NCBI GenBank assembly: GCA_965199495.1
Contig: CBDASK010000003.1
Span: 1,792,001 to 1,856,000, forward strand
Reading direction: 5' to 3'
DNA: 64,000 nucleotides
Source of the DNA: Abditibacterium sp.
Lineage (GTDB): Bacteria; Armatimonadota; Abditibacteriia; Abditibacteriales; Abditibacteriaceae
Positions within the stretch are counted from its first letter, which is position 1, and every line of letters begins with the position of its first letter. A program made the translations under genes and the position numbers. Below the pieces are notes generated by a model. The model was not told the DNA's origin, ran no database searches, and saw nothing but the letters and a program-made list of their open reading frames with translations. This document shows, piece after piece, positions 42,901 through 52,452 of this stretch.

Positions 42901-43180
42901 ATGACTTGGGAACTGCGAAAGTCCGCTCCCAGTTCACATCGCGTGGCGAAGCGAAATCGTATTGCATTCCCCACGCGCTCCAACTGCGGGCAACATGAGC
43001 ACCACCCTGCGGATAATTCTCGACCGATGCGCGCGCCTCTTCGATCTTTTTGCGCGCGCTATCTTGTTCATAACTCTGCACGTAATCGTTAAAAAACGGA
43101 ATGCTCCAAGTGCCAAAGCCGAGCAACATCAAGGAAATTACCAGGATGAGGACACCTAATGTCACGGCTCGCAAACTCAT
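39956..43180 (-). CDS. Membrane diguanylate cyclase/phosphodiesterase (CHASE4-like, PAS, GGDEF, EAL)
   Basis: RFGGDEF, FEALVRW and DDFGTGYSSL; two PAS/PAC segments. Confidence 0.94.
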   Translation of the reverse strand: MSLRAVTLGVLILVISLMLLGFGTWSIPFFNDYVQSYEQDSARKKIEEARASVENYPQGGAHVARSWSAWGMQYDFASPRDVNWERTFAVPKSLRAFDVSVLMVLDAKARVKSAIYLDKNGKVASLPSEIRGQLDPGLPLLKSLKTARGRFFLKNNQLWVLSAAPIEKQKVKQGTIVIGRRVLPVQIRGSLKETKSDVKVWLCAQAPTAVNDLLEASSTGATGSCAGGSGRHLAGDNVFDSTGDAVMGYELVRSADGNPLFVLGAPGERAPERSFVAFLPLVLLALGAVMLLLGLVPGEIYRYRLSRFGRYLEAVHREGQAPPLQFGGRDEWSEFGEGVNRALSALDAATRRHRQGEALQLQMAQLALGAGDAFWVWKVGADFLEWHGDIDGMMGHSAGGMKRTFESWIAHIHSADQNQVRRACLRPLRAGETIEIDFRLIRYDGETRVWRLRGRLLQRLIDSEDRAPRLLAVCTDITEQRRNEEELRSSRQSLQRIFETAADAFLVINAEGQIQFANAAAERTFALDRNSIEERTIYDGRWNLLDLQGKAFAGGKHPFQIVRATGEALHEFEFRIDRADGRTIIASLNAAPLLDDRGLFSGIVASVADITERRALEDRLKHQAFHDPLTHLANRVLVRYRLEHALQRRGSGEDRVAIIFIDLDNFKYINDSLGHSAGDELLVALAERLRAALREGDTAARFGGDEFVILLEDLEAPGYAITVAERVLEAMREPFVIEGHEVFTTPSIGIAFSGTDRSNADELLRHADSAMYEAKRRGKACFAIYETSMSGNALQRLELENDLRRALQNGEFELYFQPTWDLGADRVSGFEALVRWNHPTRGLVMPSEFIALAEENGLIVPLGFQVLEAACRQAVAWNRNSAHPLSMAVNISARQLHLPDVVPMVARALEQSGLDPCELILEITESAIVERTKQVLTTMNELKTLGLTLAIDDFGTGYSSLAYLRAFPFDYLKIDRQFVSNIDSEPDNSAIVTSMVTLAHALKLVVVAEGAETAGEIEHLQDLGCDKCQGYFFGRPQPVAEVERIFHLCSLMDTGAVLPINAPPPVLPSGAVNV

Positions 43181-43465
43181 AGTTTGAAAAATAAAGGGGA
43201 GTTATCGGATATTTTCAATTTCGCCCAACTTCATATCATCGCCTGGAGGCTTTCCCGCTTAAAAAACCATTTCCTGACCGACTTAGCAAGTTTTTCACCC
43301 TTTGCGTAAAGTTATATCTTACCAAAGCGGACATTGTCAAAATTCATGGCAAATGTAACGGCGGTTCGCTTGTTGATACGCGCGTTTCGCAGCGCAAGAA
43401 CGAAATATAAAATTCCAAAAAAGAGCCGCTCACAAATGTGGACGGCTCTTTTTTTCTTGCGAATT

Positions 43466-44473
43466 TCACATTAATTCGCTCACCATAACTTCGCGTTTTT
43501 CTTGCGCGCTTTGAATCGCCGCGAAAACCATCGCCAGCGATTTCAAGTTGTCCTGAGCGCCGCACTCCGGCTGGCGGTTATCACGGATGGCAGCGAAAAA
43601 TTCGTCCAACATCGCTTGATCGGCGGGCGCGGTTTCGTCCAATTTAATTTCGCGGTGATCGACTTTTTCTTCGGCGCGATGCAGATGCGAATGGAACAAT
43701 TTATCGTTTTCCCAATCGAGCGAACCCTGCGGGCCTTCGAGGCGCCAGTCGCCATTGTAGGTCGTGCGCGAACCGACGGCGGCGCCGTTGGCGACGTGCG
43801 TGGCGACCAAACCCGACGCGAACCCAAACGTAATCGAATGACAGGCATCGCCCGCGTGCCAGCCCTACGAGGGATTCCACGTTTGGGCGCGCACGCTCAC
43901 TGGGTCTTCGTTGATAACATAGCGCATCATGTCGAAATGATGCACCATCATATCGTTGATGAGCATAAACGGCTCGGTCACATAATGCGAGCCGGGAATA
44001 TCGGCCCAGTTCATGTAAAACTTGATGTCGCACTGGCCGGGCTTGCCGATTAAACCTTCGTCCAAAACGCGGCGCGAAGTGCGCGGCAACGCGCCAAAAC
44101 GATAATTTTGCGTGATCATATGCGTCAGTCCGGCGGCGTGGCTGGCGGCGGCGACCTTTTTGGCGCTCTCGAAATTATCCGATAACGGCTTTTCGCCGAT
44201 GACGTGCAAACCGTTTTCAAACGCCTGAAACGCGATTTCGGGATGAACCGCCGGAGGCGTCACATCCAACACGAAATCGGCGTCAGAATTTTGGATCGCT
44301 TCATCGAGCGAAGCGAAAATCGTGTCGCGCGCGACATCGTGCTTTTCCACGGCGCGGGTAATCGAGCCTTCATAAGGTTCGACAAACGCGACGATTTCAA
44401 CATCGGGATGGCGGCGCGCATTGCCCAGCCAATGTAAGCCACGTCCGCCCAGTCCAGTGAGAATTGCTTTCAT
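43466..44473 (-). pseudogene. Gfo/Idh/MocA oxidoreductase interrupted by an in-frame TAG at 43865-43867
   Basis: GLGGRG, EKPL and HHFD motifs; reads WNPS*GWHAGD and continues in the same frame to the natural C-terminus. Confidence 0.8.
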
Positions 44474-44503
44474 GATATTTGGATTATTTAATTTGACACT
44501 CAT

Positions 44504-44581
44504 CTGCGGGGCTGACGCCCTCTTCCAATCGGCGGTTTTTCGAAGAATTCCACCGATTGGAAAAGGGCGTCAGCCCCGCAG
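44504..44581. repeat. Family B palindrome
   Basis: CTGCGGGGCTGACGCCCTCTTCCAATCGG...CCGATTGGAAAAGGGCGTCAGCCCCGCAG. Confidence 0.85.
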
Positions 44582-44660
44582 AACAATGAAAATTGCGATG
44601 AAACCGCACTGTCAAATTAAAAAGTCAGAATTCAATAACTTACGAAATTTCTGCTACATT

Positions 44661-45485
44661 TCAGGCTTTGTCAATGCACGCGCGAACGTAATCCAAACTT
44701 TTGGCGAGGTTCGCCGCTTTTTCTTCGTCGTTACTGCCGGTGATTCCGCATTCGTAAGCCATATATTGATCGAAACCGTTGGCTTTCAAAACCTTGAATG
44801 ACGCGACGAAATCAATGTTACCCGTCCCCGGTTCCATGCGCGTGTTGTCAGCCAGATGAATCGCGGTCGTATAACCTTTGGCGGCGGCAAAGGCGCCGGG
44901 CAAATCGGTTTCTTCGATGTTCATGTGGAAGAAATCCGATAACAAGCCGATACCAGCCACGCCCGCTTCGTCCATGATGCGCATACCGTCGGCTTGCGTT
45001 TTCAGGTAATGTTGCTCGTAGCGATTGAGCGGTTCGAGCATGAACAACGTGTGGTTTTCGGCGGCAATCGGGCCAAGTTCGCGGCAGGCTTCGATCATCA
45101 AAGCGTCTTCGAGTTGAGCGATGGTGAACGCGGGCGACAAATCGGGCACGACCGGCCCGCCGAAAATCGGTGGCGCGATTTGACCGACGGCGCCCAATTC
45201 GCCGCAAATTTTGAGGATTGATTTAGAGCCATCAATCGAGGCGCGCCGTTTTTTCTTGTCAGCGTCAATGAAGTTAAACGAGGCCGTGCCATCGGGCGTG
45301 GCATTAGCGCACACGCTCGAAACCGGCAATGTGCCGTTGATTTCGTCGGCCTGTCGGCGCAGTTCGTCGTTGGAGACGCCAAACACGCCCAGTTCAATGC
45401 CCTGCGCGCCATGATCTTTGGCCCAATGCGCTTTGTCGGCGGTCGTTTTGCCGGGAATCAAACCCAGTTGAAGTGCGATTTTCAT
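44661..45485 (-). CDS. Sugar phosphate isomerase/epimerase (xylose-isomerase-like TIM barrel)
   Basis: LEPLNRYE, DFFHMNIEE and HLADNTR motifs. Confidence 0.9.
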   Translation of the reverse strand: MKIALQLGLIPGKTTADKAHWAKDHGAQGIELGVFGVSNDELRRQADEINGTLPVSSVCANATPDGTASFNFIDADKKKRRASIDGSKSILKICGELGAVGQIAPPIFGGPVVPDLSPAFTIAQLEDALMIEACRELGPIAAENHTLFMLEPLNRYEQHYLKTQADGMRIMDEAGVAGIGLLSDFFHMNIEETDLPGAFAAAKGYTTAIHLADNTRMEPGTGNIDFVASFKVLKANGFDQYMAYECGITGSNDEEKAANLAKSLDYVRACIDKA

Positions 45486-45514
45486 AAGAATTTTTGCGGA
45501 AGCGACACAAGTCT

Positions 45515-45558
45515 AAAACAAAACCCCGCGCCGAAATTTCGGCGCGGGGTTTTGTTTT
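45515..45558. terminator. Intrinsic terminator
   Basis: AAAACAAAACCCCGCGCCGAAATTTCGGCGCGGGGTTTTGTTTT perfect palindrome downstream of the DUF1559 gene. Confidence 0.75.
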
Positions 45559-45570
45559 CGGATGGGCAAT

Positions 45571-46344
45571 TCAGCCTTTGTCCACGGTCTGCTGCCACCC
45601 GATGGTATTGTCTTTCAACCAAGTTCCAACAGTGCTGGCGTTGGGTTCTTCTTCCGCCGTCCACTGGTTGGTATTTTGAATCGTGGTAATGGGTTTGATC
45701 GCTTTGGCGTGTCCGTCGGCGAACGCGAAAACGCACGTTCCCAGGTGACCTTTGAAGCCAGCCCACGGCACCAACTCGCTGTAAATGTTATTGCTCTCAC
45801 CGATCAAGATCGTGCCTGCACTATCGCCAACGGCGGATAAGGAGAGCGGATCGGCATCAGTGCCGTTGCCGCGTCGTGCGGGGGTTTTGCCGTAACCACC
45901 GCCAACGGTGCTCAAGTTGTCGGTGTTATCCAAACCGTTGATGGCATAAGAGATGTGGAACACCGGCTGGCCAGCGGGCACGACACTGGGGTCGCTATCA
46001 TAAGCCCGAATGGTGTTGCCGGTGTTAGAGGGGCACTCATAAATCTGTGTGCTCTTAACGTAGGGAAAAGTCGTGCGGCGCCACGAATTGTACTCGAACG
46101 TTACACCATTGCCGTTACCAATATAACGCGCTGGATATTTCTCGTCGTAATCCTGCGTGTATTGCATGATTCCCAAACCGATCTGTTTGAGATTCGAGAG
46201 GCAGGACGCGCGACGCGCGTTTTCGCGCGCACGCGCAAAAACTGGGAACAAAATGGCCGCCAAAATCGCGATAATCGCGATAACGACCAAAAGCTCGATC
46301 AAAGTGAAGCCGGAACGGGGGGGACGGGAACCAAAATTTTTCAT
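45571..46344 (-). CDS. Prepilin-type / DUF1559 / H-X9-DG protein
   Basis: [49 protein letters not shown]. Confidence 0.92.
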   Translation of the reverse strand: MKNFGSRPPRSGFTLIELLVVIAIIAILAAILFPVFARARENARRASCLSNLKQIGLGIMQYTQDYDEKYPARYIGNGNGVTFEYNSWRRTTFPYVKSTQIYECPSNTGNTIRAYDSDPSVVPAGQPVFHISYAINGLDNTDNLSTVGGGYGKTPARRGNGTDADPLSLSAVGDSAGTILIGESNNIYSELVPWAGFKGHLGTCVFAFADGHAKAIKPITTIQNTNQWTAEEEPNASTVGTWLKDNTIGWQQTVDKG

Positions 46345-46599
46345 GAAATTTCCTGTGAAGCAAGCGGCTTTTGGAAAGACGCTTAAATATAAATTTTGTG
46401 TAGCCAATTGCCTTATGTCGAAAAGATACCGGTATTGAACATCACAAAAATTGATTTGCCTGAACGCACAATTAAAGTCAATCTTGCGCTCACTTGTTAA
46501 TAAGTATACCCACGACAAGATGGTTTCAAACATCTTTTTCTAAGAATTTTCAAAAAACGCTCGTGCGGGAATTTCCGCACGAGCGTTTTTAAGAGAATT

Positions 46600-48204
46600 T
46601 CACTTCTTTTTCTTTTTGCCTTCGGGATCCGCCAAATCAATGCGCGTTTCGCTCAACACGCCGCCTTCGATGCGAAAGCCTTCGGTCGCAATCGCGTTGA
46701 CGAACGGTTCGTCGTGAGAAGCCACGACGAGCGTGCCCTTGAAACCTTTCAAGGCTTCCATCAAAACCTCGCGCGAATTCACGTCCATGTGGTTGGTCGG
46801 CTCGTCCAATAAGAGTAAATTCGCCGGACGCAACAGAAACTTGGCGAGGGCGACGCGCGTGCGTTCGCCGCCCGACAAAACTTTGACCGGTTTGTAAACG
46901 GCGTCGCCGCGAATCAGCAAACGTCCGAGCAGCGAGCGCGCCATCGGTTCGGGCCGACTTTCCAAGCCGTCGAGAGTTTCGTCCAAAACGCTGCGACTTT
47001 CGTCGAGGGCTTCGGCTTGATGCTGCGCGAAATAACCGATTTCCAAGTTGCGGCCTTCTTCGCGCTCGCCGGTCGTCGGCTTTTCAACGCCCGCGATAAT
47101 GCGCAACAATGTGGATTTGCCCGCGCCGTTTGGCCCCAGCAACGCCAAACGGTCGCCGCGTTTGAGCTTGATGCTCACATCTTTTAAAACCTCTTTCCCA
47201 TCGTAAGATTTGGCGACATCTTTCAAGCGCATCGGCTCTTGCGACGATTGTTTGGCTTCAGGAAATTCGAGGTAAATCTTGCGGCTCGGCCCTTTGGGCG
47301 CCTCGACCTTGTCCATGCGATCAATCGCTTTTTCCTTCGATTTCGCCGCTTTGGCTTTGCTGGCCTTGGCGCCAAAACGCGTAATGAACTCTTGCTGGCG
47401 CTCGATTTCTTTCTGCTGGCGCTCGAAAGCCGCCAACTGATTGTCATAGTTTTTCTGTTTCTGCTCGACGTAATCCGAATAATTTCCGGCGTATTGTTCC
47501 AGTTTGCCTTCGTCCAACTCGACGATTTTCTCGCAGGTCGCGTCCAGAAATTCGGGATCGTGCGAAATGGTAAAAACCGAGCCGGGGTAAGTCGCGATAT
47601 AACCCATCAGCCATTCGATGGTTTTGGCGTCGAGATGGTTGGTCGGCTCGTCTAACATCAACAAATCGGGCTGGCGCAACAGCAATTTCGCCATCGCGAT
47701 GCGCATTTGCCAGCCGCCGCTAAAAGTATCGGTCAGCCGATCCAACGCGTCTTGCGGAAAACCCAGACCGTTCAAAACCTTGCCGATGCGCGCTTCCATT
47801 GTTTCGGTGCTTTGCATTTCCAAGTCGGTCTGGGCCTGCGACAGTTGCCGCAACGCATTGCGCGCTTCGTGGTCGCGCGCGGTTTCCAATTTTTCGGCGA
47901 GCGCTTCGATGCGATTTTGCGCCTCGTCGGTTTCGGGAAACGCCGATTGCATTTCCTCGCGCACGGTGATGCCCAGACGGCACTGCGATTCCTGCGACAA
48001 CATACCGACGGTTTTATGATCGTCCATGCGCACGGTTCCCGTATCGGGTTCTTCGTCGCCCATGATCATTTTGAAGAGCGTGGACTTGCCAGTTCCGTTG
48101 GGGCCAACTAAACCGACGCGGTCGTCGGGGCCAATAAAAAGATCGGCGTGGTCGTAGAGAACCTGCACGCCGTATTGTTTTTGAATTTTATCTATTGATA
48201 ACAC
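46600..48204 (-). CDS. ABC-F family ATPase
   Basis: Two NBDs (GPNGTGKST / GPNGAGKST, SGG, LDEPTNH), coiled linker, no TM domain. Confidence 0.95.
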   Translation of the reverse strand: MLSIDKIQKQYGVQVLYDHADLFIGPDDRVGLVGPNGTGKSTLFKMIMGDEEPDTGTVRMDDHKTVGMLSQESQCRLGITVREEMQSAFPETDEAQNRIEALAEKLETARDHEARNALRQLSQAQTDLEMQSTETMEARIGKVLNGLGFPQDALDRLTDTFSGGWQMRIAMAKLLLRQPDLLMLDEPTNHLDAKTIEWLMGYIATYPGSVFTISHDPEFLDATCEKIVELDEGKLEQYAGNYSDYVEQKQKNYDNQLAAFERQQKEIERQQEFITRFGAKASKAKAAKSKEKAIDRMDKVEAPKGPSRKIYLEFPEAKQSSQEPMRLKDVAKSYDGKEVLKDVSIKLKRGDRLALLGPNGAGKSTLLRIIAGVEKPTTGEREEGRNLEIGYFAQHQAEALDESRSVLDETLDGLESRPEPMARSLLGRLLIRGDAVYKPVKVLSGGERTRVALAKFLLRPANLLLLDEPTNHMDVNSREVLMEALKGFKGTLVVASHDEPFVNAIATEGFRIEGGVLSETRIDLADPEGKKKKK

Positions 48205-48240
48205 GTAGGATTAGTTTAAACGGTTGGTAGTTCGGAAGTC

Positions 48241-48406
48241 AGAAGTTAAGCCGTGTTGTCATTCTGAGCGAAGAGAGGCACGAACGAAGTCGAAGAATCC
48301 ATGACGTAAGGTTCTCAACGAAAGCGAACTTCATGCGCAACTTCATGGATTCTTCGACTTCGTTCGTGCCTCTCTTCGCTCAGAATGACAACACGGCTTA
48401 ACTTCT
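48241..48406. repeat. Perfect 64-bp inverted repeat with a 38-bp spacer
   Basis: 48241-48304 is the reverse complement of 48343-48406; contains GTCATTCTGAGCGAAG...GAAGAATC. Confidence 0.9.
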
Positions 48407-48459
48407 CCGCGAATTATGCTAAATTTAAAAGGAGAATTCCCCTCGCAAGAGATTTTATA

Positions 48460-49017
48460 ATGCCAAATAACGTGATTTCCCAGATGGAAAAGCGCATGAA
48501 AAAAGCGCTCGAAGACCTTGATAGCGATTTTGCCATCCTCCGCACCGGACGAGCCACGCCGGCTTTGCTCGACCGCATCATGGTGGATTATTATGGTTCG
48601 CCCACGCCTTTGAAAGGTCTGGCGACGATTTCGACGCCCGACGCCCGCCAATTATTGGTTTCGCCGTTCGACAAATCGGCGTCAGGTCAAATCGCCAACG
48701 CGATTGCCAAAAGCGACTTGGGCGTCGGCGCCAATGTGGACGGCAATAACGTCCGCGTTTCCGTTCCCAACCTGACCGAAGAACGCCGCAAAGAGATGGT
48801 CAAATTGGCGGGCAAACACGCCGAGCAACACAAAATCGCCGTGCGTAACATTCGCCGCGACGCCAACGACGAGTTCAAGAAAATGGAAAAAGAAGGCGAC
48901 ATTTCCAAAGACGAACTGAAAACCTACGAAGGCGACGTGCAGAAAGTCACCGATAAATATATTAAGGACATTGACGAGGCCAAAGCCTCGAAAGAAGTCG
49001 AGATTATGGAAGTTTAG
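48460..49017 (+). CDS. frr: Ribosome recycling factor
   Basis: LRTGRA, VDYYG, LTEERRKE and VRNIRRDAN motifs. Confidence 0.97.
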   Translation: MPNNVISQMEKRMKKALEDLDSDFAILRTGRATPALLDRIMVDYYGSPTPLKGLATISTPDARQLLVSPFDKSASGQIANAIAKSDLGVGANVDGNNVRVSVPNLTEERRKEMVKLAGKHAEQHKIAVRNIRRDANDEFKKMEKEGDISKDELKTYEGDVQKVTDKYIKDIDEAKASKEVEIMEV

Positions 49018-49084
49018 AATTGCGGATATTTTCCCTCACCCGGCTTCGTGTGAGGGAAAATATCCGCAATCGCCACGGAAATAT

Positions 49085-49312
49085 ATGTCCCTGCTCAACT
49101 TGCCGCTCGCCGTGGCTGTTAGTCTCGCGGGCGAGCGCGAACTCGAAATTATCGAGACCGCGCCGCCGCGTGAGCCGCGTCATTATACGCCGCAGTGGGG
49201 CGATTGGCGCGTGGTTCGCGAGCGCGAAACCGAAAATGGCGCGTTGCAATTGACCGTCGCGCGTGAACTATTGAAAGAACATTCGCACGAATCGCGCCCG
49301 AAAATTCGCTAA
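49085..49312 (+). CDS. Small hypothetical protein
   Basis: 75-aa ORF filling the frr-uppS gap on the same strand. Confidence 0.5.
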   Translation: MSLLNLPLAVAVSLAGERELEIIETAPPREPRHYTPQWGDWRVVRERETENGALQLTVARELLKEHSHESRPKIR

Positions 49313-49363
49313 ACTTGCCCACTTGCGCGCGTTTTATATTTCGCAATCAGGCCCGCAACCGCT

Positions 49364-50176
49364 ATGTTTCTTCGTAACGTGAAACCCGAAGTCGCTTTCC
49401 TCGATAATCCCGATGCTCCTACAAACGGCCATTCCAATGGGGACAGCCACGGCGCGCCCGGCGAAGAGCCGCTCGATATGAGCCGCTTGCCCAAGCACAT
49501 CGCCATCATTATGGATGGCAACCGGCGCTGGGCCAAAGATCAGGGTTGGCGCGCGATTCGCGGCCACAGCGTCGGCGCCGACGTGACGCAAAACGTGATT
49601 CAGGAATGCGTGGATTTGGGCGTTCACGCGTTGACGCTTTATACGTTTTCGACCGAAAACTGGAAGCGTTCGAGCGCCGAAGTCGGCGCTTTGATGCGCC
49701 TGATTACGCGCAATTTGAAAAGCCAGTTGCCGCGCATGCAACGCAACAACGTGCAAATTCGCCACATCGGTTTGCGCGATAATTTGCCCGATTATCTGCT
49801 CAATCAGTTGGACGAATGCACAAACACGACGGTGAAAAACACCGGATTAGTGTTGAATTTGGCTTTGAATTACGGTGGACGCGCCGAAATCGCCGATACC
49901 TTTCGCAAATTGATGGGCAAAGTGCAAGACGGTTTATTAAAGGCCGAAGAGATTACCGAAGAAGTGATTGGCCGCGCGCTCTATACCGGCGATTTGCCCG
50001 AACCCGATTTGATGATTCGCACCGGCGGCGAAATGCGCATCTCCAACTTTTTGCCGTGGCAAATCGCCTACGCCGAACTGTGGATCACGCCAACGCTGTG
50101 GCCCGAATTCAAACCCGTCGAACTGCGCCACGCCATCCGCGAATTTCAGTTTCGCGACCGCCGCGTCGGAAGCTAA
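49364..50176 (+). CDS. uppS: Undecaprenyl diphosphate synthase
   Basis: HIAIIMDGNRRWA, FSTENWKR, NYGGR and RTGGEMRISNF motifs; follows frr. Confidence 0.96.
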   Translation: MFLRNVKPEVAFLDNPDAPTNGHSNGDSHGAPGEEPLDMSRLPKHIAIIMDGNRRWAKDQGWRAIRGHSVGADVTQNVIQECVDLGVHALTLYTFSTENWKRSSAEVGALMRLITRNLKSQLPRMQRNNVQIRHIGLRDNLPDYLLNQLDECTNTTVKNTGLVLNLALNYGGRAEIADTFRKLMGKVQDGLLKAEEITEEVIGRALYTGDLPEPDLMIRTGGEMRISNFLPWQIAYAELWITPTLWPEFKPVELRHAIREFQFRDRRVGS

Positions 50177-50240
50177 TTCAGCAACAAAAAAGCGGGCGCA
50201 ACTTTTGGAAGTTGCGCCCGCTTTTCTTTTCGCCTGATTT

Positions 50241-50933
50241 TTACCGGTTGCGCGTGACGGTTACGCTGGCGTTACGAATATCGTTGTTGCCGGAACGCTG
50301 GCCGTAGATGCGCACCTTGTCATTCTTGCTCAAGCGCGGCGCCGCATTGTTCGCGTAAACGTTGTAAGTCGTGCTACCTACGCGAACATCAAATTCGCGG
50401 CTGTTGCGCACGCTGGTGACAATTCCAATGAAATTCTGGTAACGATTACCATCGTTGTTGTCGTCACGGCGTGGGTCGTTGCGGTTGTTACGAGTGATGC
50501 GAACTGTGGCGTTGCGAATATCGTTATCGCCGTAAGGGCGCCCGTAAACGCTTACTTCGTCGCCTTTGCTCAAACCGCGCGGAATGCTGGACGAAGTGTA
50601 GATGTTGTAGGTGCGACCATTGGCGCGCAAATCGAAGCTGTTGCCGCTACGCACGTTGGTTACGGTGCCGCCGAAACTCGCGCTGTCGCGATTGTTGCGC
50701 TCATCACGGTCATAGCGCTCGCGATAATCGCGGTCATTGTCGTAACGCTCGCGGTCATAACGCTCGATGCGACGCTCCTCTTTTCTGGCTTGCTTGTCTT
50801 TGGCGCGGCGACCATAAGCGGGCGCGTGAGACGGTGGATCGGCTTGAGCCATCGGCGCCATCAAAGGAGCGATGGCGAAGCCGCTCGTCAAAACGGCGGC
50901 CAGTAGGGTGCGTGAAATTTTAGTTGTGTTCAT
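50241..50933 (-). CDS. Secreted protein with R/D/Y-rich linker and two OB-like (DUF5666-like) repeats
   Basis: Signal peptide, PPSHAPAYGRRAKD, and repeats F.G.VT.VR...FD.R...TYN.Y...L..GD.V..YG....NDIRNA. Confidence 0.75.
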   Translation of the reverse strand: MNTTKISRTLLAAVLTSGFAIAPLMAPMAQADPPSHAPAYGRRAKDKQARKEERRIERYDRERYDNDRDYRERYDRDERNNRDSASFGGTVTNVRSGNSFDLRANGRTYNIYTSSSIPRGLSKGDEVSVYGRPYGDNDIRNATVRITRNNRNDPRRDDNNDGNRYQNFIGIVTSVRNSREFDVRVGSTTYNVYANNAAPRLSKNDKVRIYGQRSGNNDIRNASVTVTRNR

Positions 50934-51057
50934 GGTGTTTCCCTGCGAGCGAACATAGACCTACAAATTTACGCGCGAGTTCAAAAAAGCCTGCGTCCTT
51001 AACGTGAACAAATCTGAATTTTCAGGCGAACGAAACTTTTTAAGTCACCAAAATCTG

Positions 51058-52443
51058 TTACTCAACATCCGACACCCAAAAATAGTTCAGCACGCCGCCG
51101 TTGGCCTCGAAGCCGGGCAGCATCGGCAATACGAAGCGAACCGGCTTGCCCTTGATATAAAGCGGCGTGCGTGTGAAATGATACGACGAATGCGAGATGA
51201 AAGCGCCGCCGTGGCTGCTGCGAAGCGCGAGTTGCGTGGATTCGCCGCCGTCGAACAAAACCGCGTTTTTTACGTTTTGTTTTTTCCAAAATTGTTGGAC
51301 TTGCCGCACATCCCAGCCGCCGACTTGAACGTTACGCTCGCCCGCCTTTTCGCGTTGGTCGGCGCGCAAACTGGCCGCTTCGCCATCGGGATCGCGCACG
51401 CTGAGAATAGTGAATCGGTCGCCGTTCCAACCAACCGAAGTGCGCGAACATTTCAAAGTTGTGCCGCCCATGCCCGGCTTCAATTCGCGCGCTTGGCCAT
51501 CAACGATCAGCGCGCGCACGCCGCCCAACGCGCCATCGAATTGGCGCGCCAAATTCGCAAATTTTGCGTCTTCGACAAGGGTAAATTTCAGTTTGCCTTC
51601 CGCGCGTTTCCAGCCCAACAAACAATTTTGCGTCGGCCAATCGTCTTCTAAAACGCGCGTATCGTAATGCGCGACGCCGTTGCGCACAATCGGCGCTTCG
51701 TGCAACGCGACATAGGGAAACCGCGCGCCGAAAAATCCACCATTGACCGCGCATAAAGTTTTGCCGCCGTTGTAATTCTCGATTTTGCGCCAAACCAGCG
51801 GCATCGCTTGGCCGAGCCAACTCGCGTTTCGATTATCGAAAGGCCGCGCATCGTCGAAATCGGCGTCATAAACGCCCGCGTCAATCGCGCGCACATCGTA
51901 AGATAATAATCGGATTTGCGTGCCGTCATTCTCTTCGCGCGCGAAAATTAAGGCTTTACTTTCGACGTTTCGATAACTCGAACTCGTTAAATATTGCGCG
52001 CTCCACAAAGCGCACAATATCAGCGCCATAATTGCCGTAAGCGTCAATTTACGCGAAAATCGCGCGCCCAACAATCCGCCCGCCATCGCGAACGTGATCG
52101 CCAAAACCCAACTCAGCAAATGCGCGAAAGTTAATCCGCCCAATCCATCGCGCCACCAACCGAGGGGCGAAAAGCGTCCCATCAACAGCAGCCACGCCGC
52201 CAGCCAAAACGTGACGGCGCAAACACCGACGCGCCAACCCGCGCGTTTGAGAATCACGCCGCCTACAAATAATCCGCATAAGGGCGCCCAAACATCGCCG
52301 ATCATCAAAGTTTCGGGCGCGAAACTCCACAGGCAAATGCTCAGACTGAGCCAACCAGTGAGGCCGATTGCCACAAGCAAAGCCAAAAGGCACGCTCCCA
52401 CAATGGGAAGCGTGCCTTTGAGCCATTCAGGAATGCGGTGCAT
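51058..52443 (-). CDS. Membrane-anchored phosphodiester glycosidase (NAGPA-like) family protein
   Basis: About five N-terminal TM helices; AVNGGFF, SRTSVG and AVLFDGGES motifs. Confidence 0.75.
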   Translation of the reverse strand: MHRIPEWLKGTLPIVGACLLALLVAIGLTGWLSLSICLWSFAPETLMIGDVWAPLCGLFVGGVILKRAGWRVGVCAVTFWLAAWLLLMGRFSPLGWWRDGLGGLTFAHLLSWVLAITFAMAGGLLGARFSRKLTLTAIMALILCALWSAQYLTSSSYRNVESKALIFAREENDGTQIRLLSYDVRAIDAGVYDADFDDARPFDNRNASWLGQAMPLVWRKIENYNGGKTLCAVNGGFFGARFPYVALHEAPIVRNGVAHYDTRVLEDDWPTQNCLLGWKRAEGKLKFTLVEDAKFANLARQFDGALGGVRALIVDGQARELKPGMGGTTLKCSRTSVGWNGDRFTILSVRDPDGEAASLRADQREKAGERNVQVGGWDVRQVQQFWKKQNVKNAVLFDGGESTQLALRSSHGGAFISHSSYHFTRTPLYIKGKPVRFVLPMLPGFEANGGVLNYFWVSDVE

Positions 52444-52452
52444 CCCTTTATT

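Noticed and set aside
43865..43867. Pyrrolysine or genetic-code reassignment at the in-frame TAG
   Set aside because: No pyl genes in the window, TAG ends other genes normally (e.g. fusA, frr), and a single TGG-to-TAG change explains it.
49020..49069. Hairpin TTGCGGATATTTTCCCTCAC...GTGAGGGAAAATATCCGCAA after frr as a novel ncRNA
   Set aside because: Single copy with no other support; most simply a terminator or mRNA-stabilising stem.
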